A stretch of DNA of 64,000 bases from Dehalococcoidia bacterium (GCA_965217675.1 OZ244559.1:2243216-2307215); one strand, 5' to 3'. Numbered from the stretch's first letter, positions 43,984 to 52,903 are shown. Program-made: numbers and translations. Notes: a model not told the origin generated them from the sequence alone.

Positions 43984-43992
43984 TGCTATAAT
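43984..43992 (+). promoter_or_regulatory. Consensus extended -10 promoter (TGcTATAAT) upstream of the hydrolase-his operon
   Basis: TG at 43984-43985 and TATAAT at 43987-43992, about 48 nt upstream of ATG 44041. Confidence 0.5.
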
Positions 43993-44040
43993 GTCAGCTA
44001 CGGTCGTGATTTCTGTCACGTAGCCGCAAACCCTGGCTGC

Positions 44041-44781
44041 ATGAGGTCTCGCACGATGCAACCCCGGCGTTTCACGCTACGTTTTCTGGGCTTTTCGCTT
44101 GCCATCGCCTGCTTGGCGATTGTGGCGTTTGCCGCCTGCTCTAGCGAGGAGGAGGCGCCGCCTCTGGGGCCCGGCGAGGTGGAGTTCACGTCGACGGACG
44201 GGGTCACGCTGCGGGGCCGCCACTACGGCAATGGCGACGTCACCGTGGTGCTCGCACACATGCGCCCGTCCGACCAGGAGAGCTGGAGGCCCTTTGCGGA
44301 GTCCCTGGCGGCCCAAGGGTATTCGGCCTTCACCTTTAACTTCCGAGGCTACTCGCCTTCGGGGGGAGACAAGGACATTGGCCTGATTGACCTGGACCTC
44401 GGGGGCGCCCTGGACTATCTGGCCACCCAAGGGGTGCAGCAGCCGGTGCTCGTCGGGGCGAGCATGGGGGGCACCGCTGCCGTCAAGGTGGCGGCGAACC
44501 GCGACGTGGGCGGGATCTTCGTCATTTCAGCGCCCGCAGCTATAGACGGGCTGTCCGCGGCCGACTATGTCGCCAACGTGAAGGAGCCCAAGTTCTTCAT
44601 GGTCGCCGAGGACGACCTCAGCGCAAGGACGGACGGCGCGGCGCTCTACGACGCCTCCAGCGGCGAGCGGTTCTACGAGGTCTTCACGGGCGGCGAGCAC
44701 GGCTCGGACCTGGTCTACGGCCGGCACAGCGAGCTGGTGCAGGGCAGGATCGTGGAGTTTCTGGAGCAATTCACACAATGA
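44041..44781 (+). CDS. Secreted/lipoprotein alpha/beta-hydrolase
   Basis: ORF 44041..44781. It has an N-terminal signal with Cys (LAIVAFAAC-SSEEE) and the nucleophile elbow GASMGG. The stop overlaps the hisH start (ATGA). Confidence 0.75.
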   Translation: MRSRTMQPRRFTLRFLGFSLAIACLAIVAFAACSSEEEAPPLGPGEVEFTSTDGVTLRGRHYGNGDVTVVLAHMRPSDQESWRPFAESLAAQGYSAFTFNFRGYSPSGGDKDIGLIDLDLGGALDYLATQGVQQPVLVGASMGGTAAVKVAANRDVGGIFVISAPAAIDGLSAADYVANVKEPKFFMVAEDDLSARTDGAALYDASSGERFYEVFTGGEHGSDLVYGRHSELVQGRIVEFLEQFTQ

Positions 44782-45404
44782 GCGCACCCAATATCGCCCT
44801 CATAAACTATGGCGCAGGCAACCTTCGGAGCGTCTCCAAGGCGCTGGAGAGCCTGGGCGCCAACGTGCTCGTGACCTCGGACCCGGCGGAGATCGGCGCG
44901 GCCGACGGCCTGGTGCTGCCGGGGCAGGGGGCATGCGATACGGCGATGGTGGCGCTGGAGGCGCACAGCCTCACGGAGTCGGTGCGACAGGCCATCGCGG
45001 ACGAGAAGCCGTTCTTCGGCGTGTGCCTTGGGCTGCAATTGCTCTTCGACTACACGGAGGAGAAGGACGCCAAGTGCCTCGGCGTCATCCCCGGCCGGGT
45101 GCGGAAGTTCCCGACGGGGCTAAAGGTCCCGCACATGGGCTGGAACACCGTCGAACTGCTGCAGCCGGAGCACCCGGTGTTTGAAGACGTGCCGCAGAAC
45201 AGCCACTTCTACTTCGTTCACAGCTACTATCCGGACCCGGAGTCCTCCGATGCAACGGCCGCGGTCACTGACTACGGGCTGCGGTTCTGTTGCGCCGTCG
45301 CGCAGGGAAACGTCGTGGCCACGCAATTCCACCCGGAGAAGAGCGGTCCGGTGGGACTACGGCTATACGGCAACTTCTTGCGCATGGTACGGTCTATAGC
45401 GTAA
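44778..45404 (+). CDS. hisH: Imidazole glycerol phosphate synthase, glutamine amidotransferase subunit
   Basis: ORF 44778..45404. NYGAGNLRSV, GVCLGLQLLF and FHPEKSG are present. Confidence 0.95.
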   Translation: MSAPNIALINYGAGNLRSVSKALESLGANVLVTSDPAEIGAADGLVLPGQGACDTAMVALEAHSLTESVRQAIADEKPFFGVCLGLQLLFDYTEEKDAKCLGVIPGRVRKFPTGLKVPHMGWNTVELLQPEHPVFEDVPQNSHFYFVHSYYPDPESSDATAAVTDYGLRFCCAVAQGNVVATQFHPEKSGPVGLRLYGNFLRMVRSIA

Positions 45405-45445
45405 CCTCTGGCAACGAAGCAACCGGCATCGATGGAGGTCGACCC

Positions 45446-45661
45446 ATGGGCAAGTTTCAGAAGGGGGACATGGTACAGGTCCCCAGCACCATTCGAGGCA
45501 TACAGGAACAGATCATTGGCCAGCGGGGCCGCATAATTACGGAGGTCCCGGAGCGCACGATGCCCTCCACCTACGGCGAGGGCGACGCGGTGTACCTCAT
45601 CCGCTTTGATGGAGTGACCGACTCCTACTTTGTGGAAGAGCACAATCTGGAATCGGCGTAG
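45446..45661 (+). CDS. Small hypothetical protein (71 aa) inserted between hisH and hisA
   Basis: This is the in-frame part of ORF 45290..45661, with ATG 45446 preceded by a GGAGG RBS. The sequence MGKFQKGDMVQVPSTIRG... gives an SH3/KOW-like impression only. Confidence 0.5.
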   Translation: MGKFQKGDMVQVPSTIRGIQEQIIGQRGRIITEVPERTMPSTYGEGDAVYLIRFDGVTDSYFVEEHNLESA

Positions 45662-45724
45662 CTTCCGGGGCCACACCCGCATGAGGGCGGTGGGAGCCCA
45701 TCCCATTCCAAGGGCGGTCTCACA

Positions 45725-46471
45725 ATGGACGTCATCCCGGCAATAGACCTGCGGGGAGGCCGTTGCGTCCGTCTTTACCAAGGTGACTACGCGCAGGAAG
45801 AAGTCTTTGGCACTGACCCCGTGGCCCTGGCGCTGCGATGGCAGGCAGAAGGCGCAACGTTCCTGCACGTCGTCGACCTGGACGGCGCAGCATCCGGCGA
45901 GCCCGCGAACCTTGACGCCATCCGCGCCATCGTCGAAGCCGTGAACGTTCCGGTGGAAGTCGGCGGCGGGATCCGGGACATGAAGAAGGCCGACACCCTG
46001 GCGGAATACGGCGTGAGCCGGCTGGTGCTGGGCACGTCCGCCGTTGAGAACCCGGACTTCTTGGCCGCGATGCTGGAGCGATACGGCGCTGAGCGGGTTG
46101 CGGTCTCCGTCGACGCACGGGACGGCTGGGCGGCCGTTCGAGGGTGGCTGCAGCCCTCCCACCTGCGGGCGCTGGACCTGATGAAGCAGATGGCGGCGAT
46201 GGGCGTGGATTGCCTGGAGTACACGGACATCAGCCGTGACGGCACCCTGACGGAACCCAACTTTGAAGGGGTGATGGAGGCGGTGAACAACGTATCCGCC
46301 CACATCATCGCCGCGGGGGGCGTCGCGAGCGCGCGGCACCTGGAGCGGCTGGCGGGGCTCGGCGTAGACGGCGCGATCGTCGGGACGGCGCTGTACACGG
46401 GCGCAGTCGACCTGCGGGAGGCGCTGCAACTGGTCGCCGACTCGCCCGCGGCGGGGAATCGACCGGCATAA
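45725..46471 (+). CDS. hisA: ProFAR isomerase
   Basis: ORF 45725..46471. MDVIPAIDLRGGRCVRLYQGDY and GGGIRD are present. Confidence 0.95.
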   Translation: MDVIPAIDLRGGRCVRLYQGDYAQEEVFGTDPVALALRWQAEGATFLHVVDLDGAASGEPANLDAIRAIVEAVNVPVEVGGGIRDMKKADTLAEYGVSRLVLGTSAVENPDFLAAMLERYGAERVAVSVDARDGWAAVRGWLQPSHLRALDLMKQMAAMGVDCLEYTDISRDGTLTEPNFEGVMEAVNNVSAHIIAAGGVASARHLERLAGLGVDGAIVGTALYTGAVDLREALQLVADSPAAGNRPA

Positions 46472-46521
46472 CCCAAGCCTGAGACAGCGGCCCGAACTGC
46501 GGCCGCCGGTAAACGTTCGAC

Positions 46522-47097
46522 ATGGAAAGGACCACCATGACCCAGAAGTCTGACCAATCGGTGCCATCACAGACCCTGTCCGAGCAGATCGATCCCCTGC
46601 GCATCCTGGCGCAGTTGCCACTTCGGCCATACCAGCAGCTTGGCGACTTCCGTTGCGGCAAGGGCGCGCTGACGATCCCTCTTGCGAAGCACACCTTTGA
46701 CGGCAAGGTCTATGCCACGGATGAGTCCGAAGCCGCCCGGGATGTGCTGACGACAAAGCTGGCGCAGACGCGCCTCTCCAACACGGTGGTCTATGACCCG
46801 AAAGACGAGGACTCCGTAGTGGAGGCGGACCTGCTGGATGGGGCGCTGGTGGCGCTGAGCCTTTCCACCATCAAGACGAGCAAGCCGGCGATGCTGAAGC
46901 GCGTCGCGAAGGCCCTGAAGCGCGGCGGCTGGGCTGCCATCATCGAGTGGACGAAGTCGGACGCCGACGAGGGGCCCGCGCTGGACAAGCGGCTGACGGA
47001 GGCGGAGCTCGTCGACTTCGGCAAGCAGGCGGGGTTCCGCTTCGCCGAAAAGCGCGACCTGTCGAGCCGCTACTTCATGGTGCTGCTGAGGAAATAG
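46522..47097 (+). CDS. Class I SAM-dependent methyltransferase-like protein inserted between hisA and hisF
   Basis: ORF 46522..47097 (alternative start ATG 46537). It has a degenerate motif I (LGDFRCGKGALT) and LKRGGWAAIIEW (post-II/III region). Confidence 0.65.
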   Translation: MERTTMTQKSDQSVPSQTLSEQIDPLRILAQLPLRPYQQLGDFRCGKGALTIPLAKHTFDGKVYATDESEAARDVLTTKLAQTRLSNTVVYDPKDEDSVVEADLLDGALVALSLSTIKTSKPAMLKRVAKALKRGGWAAIIEWTKSDADEGPALDKRLTEAELVDFGKQAGFRFAEKRDLSSRYFMVLLRK

Positions 47098-47148
47098 CCG
47101 CGACCGGGGGGCCGAGCGCCTTCCGACGAACGGGCGGCTGAACACACC

Positions 47149-47928
47149 ATGCTGACGAAACGCATCATCCCCTGCCTTGACGTGAAGCGCGGACGCGTTG
47201 TGAAGGGCGTCCGCTTCCTTGACCACCGCGACGCCGGCGACCCCGTGGAGATGGCGTCCCTCTACAACGAGGCGGGGGCCGACGAGCTGGTCTTCTACGA
47301 CATCACCGCATCGGCAGAGGGCCGCTCCATCATGCTGGACGTGGTCTCGCAGGTGGCGGAGCAGGTCTTCATCCCCCTAGCCGTCGGCGGTGGGCTGCGC
47401 TCCGTGAAGGACATGCACACCATGCTGCTTGCGGGCGCGGACAAGGTCTCCATCAACACGGCGGCGGTGGAGAACCCGGACCTCATCCGCGAGGGGGCGG
47501 ACCAATTCGGCTCTCAGTGCATCGTGCTGGGGCTCGACGCGATGCGCTTGCCCGACACCGACCCCGTTCGCTGGGAGGTCCGGACGCGCACCGGCGTTGG
47601 CGGCGGGCAGACCTCGGGGCTCGACGCCATCGAGTGGGCGGCGCGAGCCGTCGAGCTGGGCGCGGGCGAGATCGTCGTGAACAGCATGGACGCCGACGGC
47701 ACACAGGCGGGGTATGACATCGAACTGCTGCGAAAGCTGTCGGAGGTGGTGACGGTGCCCGTCGTCGCGAGCGGCGGCGCGGGGAGCCCGGAGCACATGC
47801 TGCACGCGCTGCAGGAGGGCCGCGCCGACGCGGGGCTGGCGGCGAGCATCTTCCACTACGGCACATACTCCATCGCCGAGGTGAAGGCGTACCTCTCGGA
47901 GCACGGCGTGCCCATCCGGCCGATCTAG
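47149..47928 (+). CDS. hisF: Imidazole glycerol phosphate synthase, cyclase subunit
   Basis: ORF 47149..47928. [20 protein letters not shown] and [12 protein letters not shown] are present. Confidence 0.95.
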   Translation: MLTKRIIPCLDVKRGRVVKGVRFLDHRDAGDPVEMASLYNEAGADELVFYDITASAEGRSIMLDVVSQVAEQVFIPLAVGGGLRSVKDMHTMLLAGADKVSINTAAVENPDLIREGADQFGSQCIVLGLDAMRLPDTDPVRWEVRTRTGVGGGQTSGLDAIEWAARAVELGAGEIVVNSMDADGTQAGYDIELLRKLSEVVTVPVVASGGAGSPEHMLHALQEGRADAGLAASIFHYGTYSIAEVKAYLSEHGVPIRPI

Positions 47929-48114
47929 GGCCGCTGAGCGCCCCTTCGGCGAATCCTCAGGCTTCCACACGCTCAAATCAAACCTTCACGCTGGGGGACT
48001 CGTTTTGCGTCCCGCGTCGCTGCGCCGACTCGTCTTGCAGATAGGGGGTCGTAGCTGACCGGAGGACTCGGCCACGAGACCGCGTTTCAAGAATTTCAAA
48101 ACGAGTCCCATCCG

Positions 48115-48558
48115 TTACGAGCCATATCGAATCCGCTGTTCAATGCGGACCATGCGGGACAGGGTCCCCATGGCGCGCACGACGAGATTAAAGTCCACGC
48201 CGTCTTCTGCCAAGTGAGCGGCGAGCTTGAGGCGCATGACGGCGATTTCATGGTTGAGAAATTGCATTTTCAGGGTGTCGGGGAATTCATCCTGCTGTTC
48301 CGGGGTCAGGGCTTTGGCGTAGAGGCCGTGCTTGACGGCGTTCCGGTTGCCGGGCTGGCCCCCGGTCTTCTTGCGAGATGGGTCATCTACCCCCTCTGCA
48401 CCTGCGCCCTCTATGGCGGAATCCTCCACGGAAGGGTCATTCATGGCGGGGAGCTCCAAGGCGTCATCGTTGAGGACGCCATTCCCTGGGGAGTTCTTCA
48501 CGGCGATACGGATGATGTTGGTGATGTCCTTTTCGAGGTCCTTGAATGGGTCTTCCAT
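48115..48558 (-). CDS. Hypothetical protein (147 aa) with a GNxNAxKHG motif
   Basis: This is part of ORF 48115..48669. I place the start at ATG 48558, which has a GGAAGGTGA RBS (MEDPFKDLEKD...). GGQPGNRNAVKHGLYAKALTPEQ is a motif I associate with small phage/plasmid-borne proteins. The region has lower GC. Confidence 0.5.
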   Translation of the reverse strand: MEDPFKDLEKDITNIIRIAVKNSPGNGVLNDDALELPAMNDPSVEDSAIEGAGAEGVDDPSRKKTGGQPGNRNAVKHGLYAKALTPEQQDEFPDTLKMQFLNHEIAVMRLKLAAHLAEDGVDFNLVVRAMGTLSRMVRIEQRIRYGS

Positions 48559-48692
48559 GGTCACCTTCCTTGCATGTGGTGTTTGTCCCAGAGGGTAGCG
48601 GGGGCTGCGGCTTCGGCGCGAGGGGTTCGTGTCAGGGTAGAGGGCATACAGGTCGCGCTCTTGCGGCAACAGATGAGGGCGCAGGCGATGCG

Positions 48693-49244
48693 CCCTTCGA
48701 CAGGCTCAGGGCGAACGGGGCGAGGGGGGGGGCTGTGGGGTGAGGTTCCCGCTGCTGCGGGACGGGCGATTCGCGAATCGCCCCTACGGACTGGGTTGGC
48801 GTTCGGGGTTTCGCGACGGCGGTGGTAGTGGGGTTGCCCCTCTTTGCCCCGCCCCTCTGGATTCCTGCCTTCGCAGGAATGACGAGAGGGGGCGCAGGAA
48901 TGACGATGGGGGGGCAGGAATGACGAGAGCGGGGCGCGGGAATGACGACGCGGGGGGGCAGGGAGGCCCTTCGACAGGCTCAGGGCGAACGGGCGGGGGG
49001 GGGGGGGGGCTGAGGGGTGAGGTTCCCGCTGCTGCGGGACGGGCGATTCGTGAATCGCCCCTACGGACTGGGTTGGCGTTCGGGGTTTCGCGACGGCGGT
49101 GGTAGTGGGGTTGCCCCTCTTTGCCCCGCCCCTCTGGATTCCTGCCTTCGCAGGAATGACGAGAGTGGGGCAGGGATGGCGATAGCGGGGCACGAATGAC
49201 GATGCGGTGGTGGCGAGGATGATGATGAGGTGGTCGCGGGGCGG
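48693..49244 (+). repeat. Two tandem copies (about 274 and 278 bp) of a composite unit built from repeat families A, B, C and D
   Basis: Unit 1 spans 48693-48966 and unit 2 spans 48967-49244. Each starts with CCCTTCGACAGGCTCAGGGCGAACGG, followed by a G-run. Next come GAGGTTCCCGCTGCTGCGGGAC and GGGCGATTCG(C/T)GAATCGCCCCTACGG. Each ends with ...CCCCTCTGGATTCCTGCCTTCGCAGGAATGACGA. Unit 1 ends with 3 extra GC(A/G)GGAATGACGA half-repeats. Confidence 0.9.
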
Positions 49245-49428
49245 CCCTTCGACAGGCTCAGGGCGAACGGGGCGCGGGGGCGCGGGTATGGCGGGGGCGG
49301 CCCTTCGACAGGCTCAGGGCGAACGGGGGCGGGGGCGCGGGTATGGCGCGGCGCGGCCCTTCGACAGGCTCAGGGCGAACGGCAGGCGGGGGCGCGGGGA
49401 GGCCCTTCGACAGGCTCAGGGCGAACGG
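49245..49428 (+). repeat. Array of four family A repeats at 56/56/46-bp spacing
   Basis: Core 26-mers lie at 49245, 49301, 49357 and 49403. The intervening G-rich segments are themselves near-identical (GGCGCGGGGGCGCGGGTATGGCG...). Confidence 0.9.
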
Positions 49429-49466
49429 GGCGGCGGGGGCGCACCATGACGGATGCGTATGTGGGA

Positions 49467-49475
49467 TGCTATTAT
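49467..49475 (+). promoter_or_regulatory. Candidate extended -10 promoter (TGcTATTAT) of leuCD
   Basis: TG at 49467-49468 and TATTAT at 49470-49475, about 47 nt upstream of leuC. Confidence 0.4.
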
Positions 49476-49522
49476 GGCATCGCCCCAATTTTGGATACCT
49501 TTAGTTTGAAGAGGTTGTAGCT

Positions 49523-50929
49523 ATGCCTGGAAAGACCATGTTTGAGAAGATCTGGGACTCGCACGTAGTGGCGGAGGAGCCGGGGAAGCCCGCGTTGCTC
49601 TACGTCGACCTGCACCTGGTGCACGAGGTGACGTCGCCGCAGGCCTTCGACGGGCTGCGGATGGCGGGTCGGCGGGTGCGCCGGCCGGACCTGACGGTCG
49701 CCACCGCAGACCACGACGTCCCGACGACGGACCGCTCGCAGCCCATCGAGGACCCCATCGCGGTGCAGCAGTTGGAGCACCTGTCCAACGACGCCCGGGA
49801 ATTCAACATCCCGCTGGCGGACATCCACAGCCCGCTGCAGGGCATCGTCCACATCATCGGGCCGGAGCAGGGGTACACGCAGCCGGGCAAGGTCATCGTC
49901 TGCGGCGACAGCCACACGGCGACGCATGGCGCGTTCGGCGCGTTCGCGCTGGGCGTGGGCACGTCGGAGGTGGAGCACGTGCTGGCCACGCAGACGCTGC
50001 GGCAGGCCAAGCAAAAGACGATGCAGGTGGACGTGAACGGCCCGCTGCCATACGGCGTGACGGCCAAGGACCTCATTCTCGCCATCATCGGGCAGATCGG
50101 CATTGACGGCGGCACGGGCCACGTCATCGAGTACACCGGTCAGGGCATCCGCGACCTCTCGATGGCCGGGCGCATGACGGTCTGCAACATGTCCATCGAG
50201 GGCGGCGCGAGGGCCGGGATGGTCGCGCCGGACGAGACGACGTTCGACTACCTTCGCGGCAGGGCGAACGCGCCCCAGGGCGACGCCTTCGACGAGGCGG
50301 TCGAGCGGTGGAAGCAGCTTCCGACGGACCCCGACGCCGTCTACGACGCGACGGTCGTCATCGAGGCGGCGGAGCTGTCGCCGATGGTGTCGTGGGGCAC
50401 CAACCCCGGGCAGGTGACGATGGTCACGAGCCGAGTGCCGGACCCAGCCAGCTTCGCCCACCCCGCGGACCGCGAGAGCGCGGAGCGGGCGCTGCGGTAC
50501 ATGGGGCTGGAGCCTAACACGCCCATCGAGGACATCCCGATTGACCGCGTATTCATCGGCTCCTGCACCAACTCGCGCATCGAGGACCTGCGGGACGCCG
50601 CGGCGGTGGTGAAGGGGCTCACGGTGAGCTCACGCGTCGGCGCGATGGTGGTGCCGGGCTCGTACGCGATCAAGCAGCAGGCGGAGGCCGAGGGCCTGGA
50701 CCGCATCTTCCTGGACGCGGGCTTCGAGTGGCGCAACGCGGGTTGCTCCATGTGCCTCGCGATGAACCCGGACCAGCTCCTACCCCAGGAGCGGTGCGCA
50801 TCGACGTCCAACCGCAACTTCGAGGGTCGGCAGGGCAAGGACGGACGCACACACCTGGTGAGCCCGCAGATGGCGGCCGCAGCGGCGATTGCGGGGCACT
50901 TTGTGGACATACGAGAGTGGAACAACTAG
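49523..50929 (+). CDS. leuC: 3-isopropylmalate dehydratase large subunit
   Basis: ORF 49523..50929. [18 protein letters not shown] and the cluster-ligand motifs [11 protein letters not shown] and NAGCSMCL are present. Confidence 0.95.
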   Translation: MPGKTMFEKIWDSHVVAEEPGKPALLYVDLHLVHEVTSPQAFDGLRMAGRRVRRPDLTVATADHDVPTTDRSQPIEDPIAVQQLEHLSNDAREFNIPLADIHSPLQGIVHIIGPEQGYTQPGKVIVCGDSHTATHGAFGAFALGVGTSEVEHVLATQTLRQAKQKTMQVDVNGPLPYGVTAKDLILAIIGQIGIDGGTGHVIEYTGQGIRDLSMAGRMTVCNMSIEGGARAGMVAPDETTFDYLRGRANAPQGDAFDEAVERWKQLPTDPDAVYDATVVIEAAELSPMVSWGTNPGQVTMVTSRVPDPASFAHPADRESAERALRYMGLEPNTPIEDIPIDRVFIGSCTNSRIEDLRDAAAVVKGLTVSSRVGAMVVPGSYAIKQQAEAEGLDRIFLDAGFEWRNAGCSMCLAMNPDQLLPQERCASTSNRNFEGRQGKDGRTHLVSPQMAAAAAIAGHFVDIREWNN

Positions 50930-50976
50930 GGGCGGGCACAGACATCGAAGCCGCCCAACACCCAAGGAGGACAGCA

Positions 50977-51564
50977 ATGGACGCATTCACGGCGCACACC
51001 GGTGTGGTGTTGCCAATGGACCGTGTGAACGTGGACACGGACCAGATCATTCCGAAGCAGTTCCTGAAGCGGGTTGAGCGCACGGGGTACGAGGACTTCT
51101 TGTTCTTCGACTGGCGCTTCAACGCGGACGGGTCGCCGAACGAGGACTTTGTGCTGAACTTCCCGGGGTACAAGGACGCCTCGGTGCTGGTGGCGGGCCG
51201 CAACTTCGGGTGCGGGTCGTCGCGGGAGCACGCGCCGTGGGCGCTGCAGCAGTACGGGTTCCGGACGATCATCGCATCGAGCTTCGCCGACATCTTCTAC
51301 AACAACTGCCTGCAGAACGGGCTGCTGCCCGTGCGCCTCAACGAGAAGGACGTGGACCACATCATGATCCAGTCCAAGGAGGCGCCGGGCTACCAGGTGA
51401 CCGTCGACCTGGAGAACTGCACGGTGTCGGACGGGCACGGGTTCAGCGCATCCTTCGACATGGACGAGTTCCGTCGCTTCTGCATGCAGAACGGCCTCGA
51501 CGACATCGGCCTGACGATGCAGGACGAGGACGCCATCAGCGCCTTCGAGGCGCAGCAGGCGTAG
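50977..51564 (+). CDS. leuD: 3-isopropylmalate dehydratase small subunit
   Basis: This is the in-frame part of ORF 50728..51564, with ATG 50977 after an AGGAGG RBS. VDTDQIIPKQFLK and GRNFGCGSSREHAPWAL are present. Confidence 0.95.
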   Translation: MDAFTAHTGVVLPMDRVNVDTDQIIPKQFLKRVERTGYEDFLFFDWRFNADGSPNEDFVLNFPGYKDASVLVAGRNFGCGSSREHAPWALQQYGFRTIIASSFADIFYNNCLQNGLLPVRLNEKDVDHIMIQSKEAPGYQVTVDLENCTVSDGHGFSASFDMDEFRRFCMQNGLDDIGLTMQDEDAISAFEAQQA

Positions 51565-51585
51565 GTCTCAGTAGTCGCACACAGC

Positions 51586-51646
51586 GAGGCCCCATCCGGC
51601 CTTGGGTCCTTCGGGGACCTGGTTACGGACGGGGCCTCTGCGTTTT
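51586..51646. terminator. Compound hairpin between convergent leuD and VOC genes
   Basis: The outer stem GAGGCCCC (51586-51593) / GGGGCCTC (51631-51638) encloses an inner GGTCC-TTCG-GGGACC hairpin. It is followed by TGCGTTTTG. Confidence 0.45.
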
Positions 51647-51655
51647 GCTGGGACG

Positions 51656-52015
51656 TTAGCCCTTCACGAGGCCGATGCAGTTGCCGTCGGGGTCCGCGAA
51701 CATGGCGACGACGATGTCCATGCCGGGCACCTGCATTGCGCCGAGAATCACCGTGGCCCCCAGCGACACGGCCTTGTCCAGGTAGGCCTGCGGGTCGTCG
51801 ACCTGTGCATACACGGACACGTAGACGCCCCCGCCCTGGTCGGCGCCGCCGATGCCGCCGTTGATGCCAAGGCCGCCCTCGTCCTGGGTGAGGGCAAGGC
51901 CGTAGCCCGCGGGGTTGTTGCTGTCTATGGTCCATCCAAAGAGGCTCGAGTAGAAGGACTGCGTCTTTGAGGTGTCTGACCCCATGATCTCAAAGTGCAC
52001 GATTGGGTTTGGCAT
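51656..52015 (-). CDS. VOC (glyoxalase) family protein
   Basis: This is part of ORF 51656..52051, with the start at ATG 52015 after a GGAGGA RBS (MPNPIVHFEIMGSD...FADPDGNCIGLVKG). Confidence 0.8.
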   Translation of the reverse strand: MPNPIVHFEIMGSDTSKTQSFYSSLFGWTIDSNNPAGYGLALTQDEGGLGINGGIGGADQGGGVYVSVYAQVDDPQAYLDKAVSLGATVILGAMQVPGMDIVVAMFADPDGNCIGLVKG

Positions 52016-52182
52016 GCCATCCTCCGGTTTTGTTGTTGCCGCCCTTCGCATGGGCGCGGTTCATGTTGCGTAGGCATCGCGCGGGGTGTCAAGCGATGCG
52101 TGGCAGGTAACGCTGCGACATTCCCTTGACGCGCATACCCTCCGCTTCCTATGCTGCCGGTGACTCTAAGGAGGTGCACACC

Positions 52183-52551
52183 ATGGCAGACGATGTTCGA
52201 GAGATCTTGACTATGGGAGAGCTGGTGGACATCACCACCACCGGGCGCAAGTCGGGGGAGGCCCGGCGAATCGAAATACGGCTCCACGTGCTGGACGGCC
52301 GGTTCTACCTCTCGGGTCGACCGGGGATGCCTCGCAGCTGGCTGGCAAACATGGCCGCGCACCCGGAGATGACGCTGCACCTCAAGCAGGCGATCGTGCA
52401 GGACGTGCCCTTGACGGCGACCGTGATCTCGGATGCGGACGAACGCAAGCGGGTCTTCGCGCTGATGCTGGAGCGCGAGGAGCGGATGTCGCACGTCGAC
52501 GTGGATGTTTGGGCGGCGACGGCCCCGCTGGTCGAGCTGATGCCGGTGTAG
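52183..52551 (+). CDS. Deazaflavin-dependent nitroreductase (DDN/DUF385-like) family protein, second copy in window
   Basis: This is part of ORF 52126..52551, with ATG 52183 after an AAGGAGGTG RBS. ITTTGRKSGEARRIEIRLHVLDGRFYLSGRPG...WLANMAAHPEMTLH is present. Confidence 0.75.
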   Translation: MADDVREILTMGELVDITTTGRKSGEARRIEIRLHVLDGRFYLSGRPGMPRSWLANMAAHPEMTLHLKQAIVQDVPLTATVISDADERKRVFALMLEREERMSHVDVDVWAATAPLVELMPV

Positions 52552-52585
52552 GCGTCGCGCTACAGGCGCATAGGGAGAACCCTGG

Positions 52586-52879
52586 ATGGTTGCAAAACCC
52601 CTGCCGGACGGGCTGGTTCCCAGCGGAAGCTCACCGGCATTCACCGCTGCCACCATGCCAGACGCGCTCCGGCGGGAGCACGCGTTGGGCACTGGACATT
52701 GGGGATTGCTGCACGTGCTCGAGGGTAGCGTCACATTTGTTGACATGGGCGCAGGCAGCGAGCAACTGGTCTCGGCGCCTGGGACCGTTCCCATCCACCC
52801 TCAGTCGCCGCACCGGCTGATTGTCAGCGGTCCCGTGAGGGTTCGAATCGACTTCTTTGTCGAACAGAACCCCGCCTGA
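52586..52879 (+). CDS. DUF1971 (YeaR / TehB N-terminal-like) cupin-type protein
   Basis: ORF 52586..52879. MPDALRREHALGTGHWGLLHVLEGSVTF and the C-terminal RIDFFV match the DUF1971 pattern. Confidence 0.65.
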   Translation: MVAKPLPDGLVPSGSSPAFTAATMPDALRREHALGTGHWGLLHVLEGSVTFVDMGAGSEQLVSAPGTVPIHPQSPHRLIVSGPVRVRIDFFVEQNPA

Positions 52880-52903
52880 GAACGGCCGCCGTTCCGCCCT
52901 CGA

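Noticed and set aside
49245-49428. CRISPR-like array: four 26-nt identical repeats at 56/56/46-bp spacing
   Set aside because: The 'spacers' are near-identical G-rich sequences (GGCGCGGGGGCGCGGGTATGGCG…), so this is a simple tandem repeat. The same 26-mer is dispersed singly elsewhere in the window. No cas genes or leader are nearby.
48561-49520. ORFs 48561..49193, 48740..49105, 49017..49199, 49207..49449, 49230..49520, 49258..49488 and similar ones at 63207..63659 as real genes
   Set aside because: They are translations of the dispersed repeat modules (PFDRLRANG, LRQAQGER, RAIRESPLR, IPAFAGMT peptides) in several frames and on both strands.
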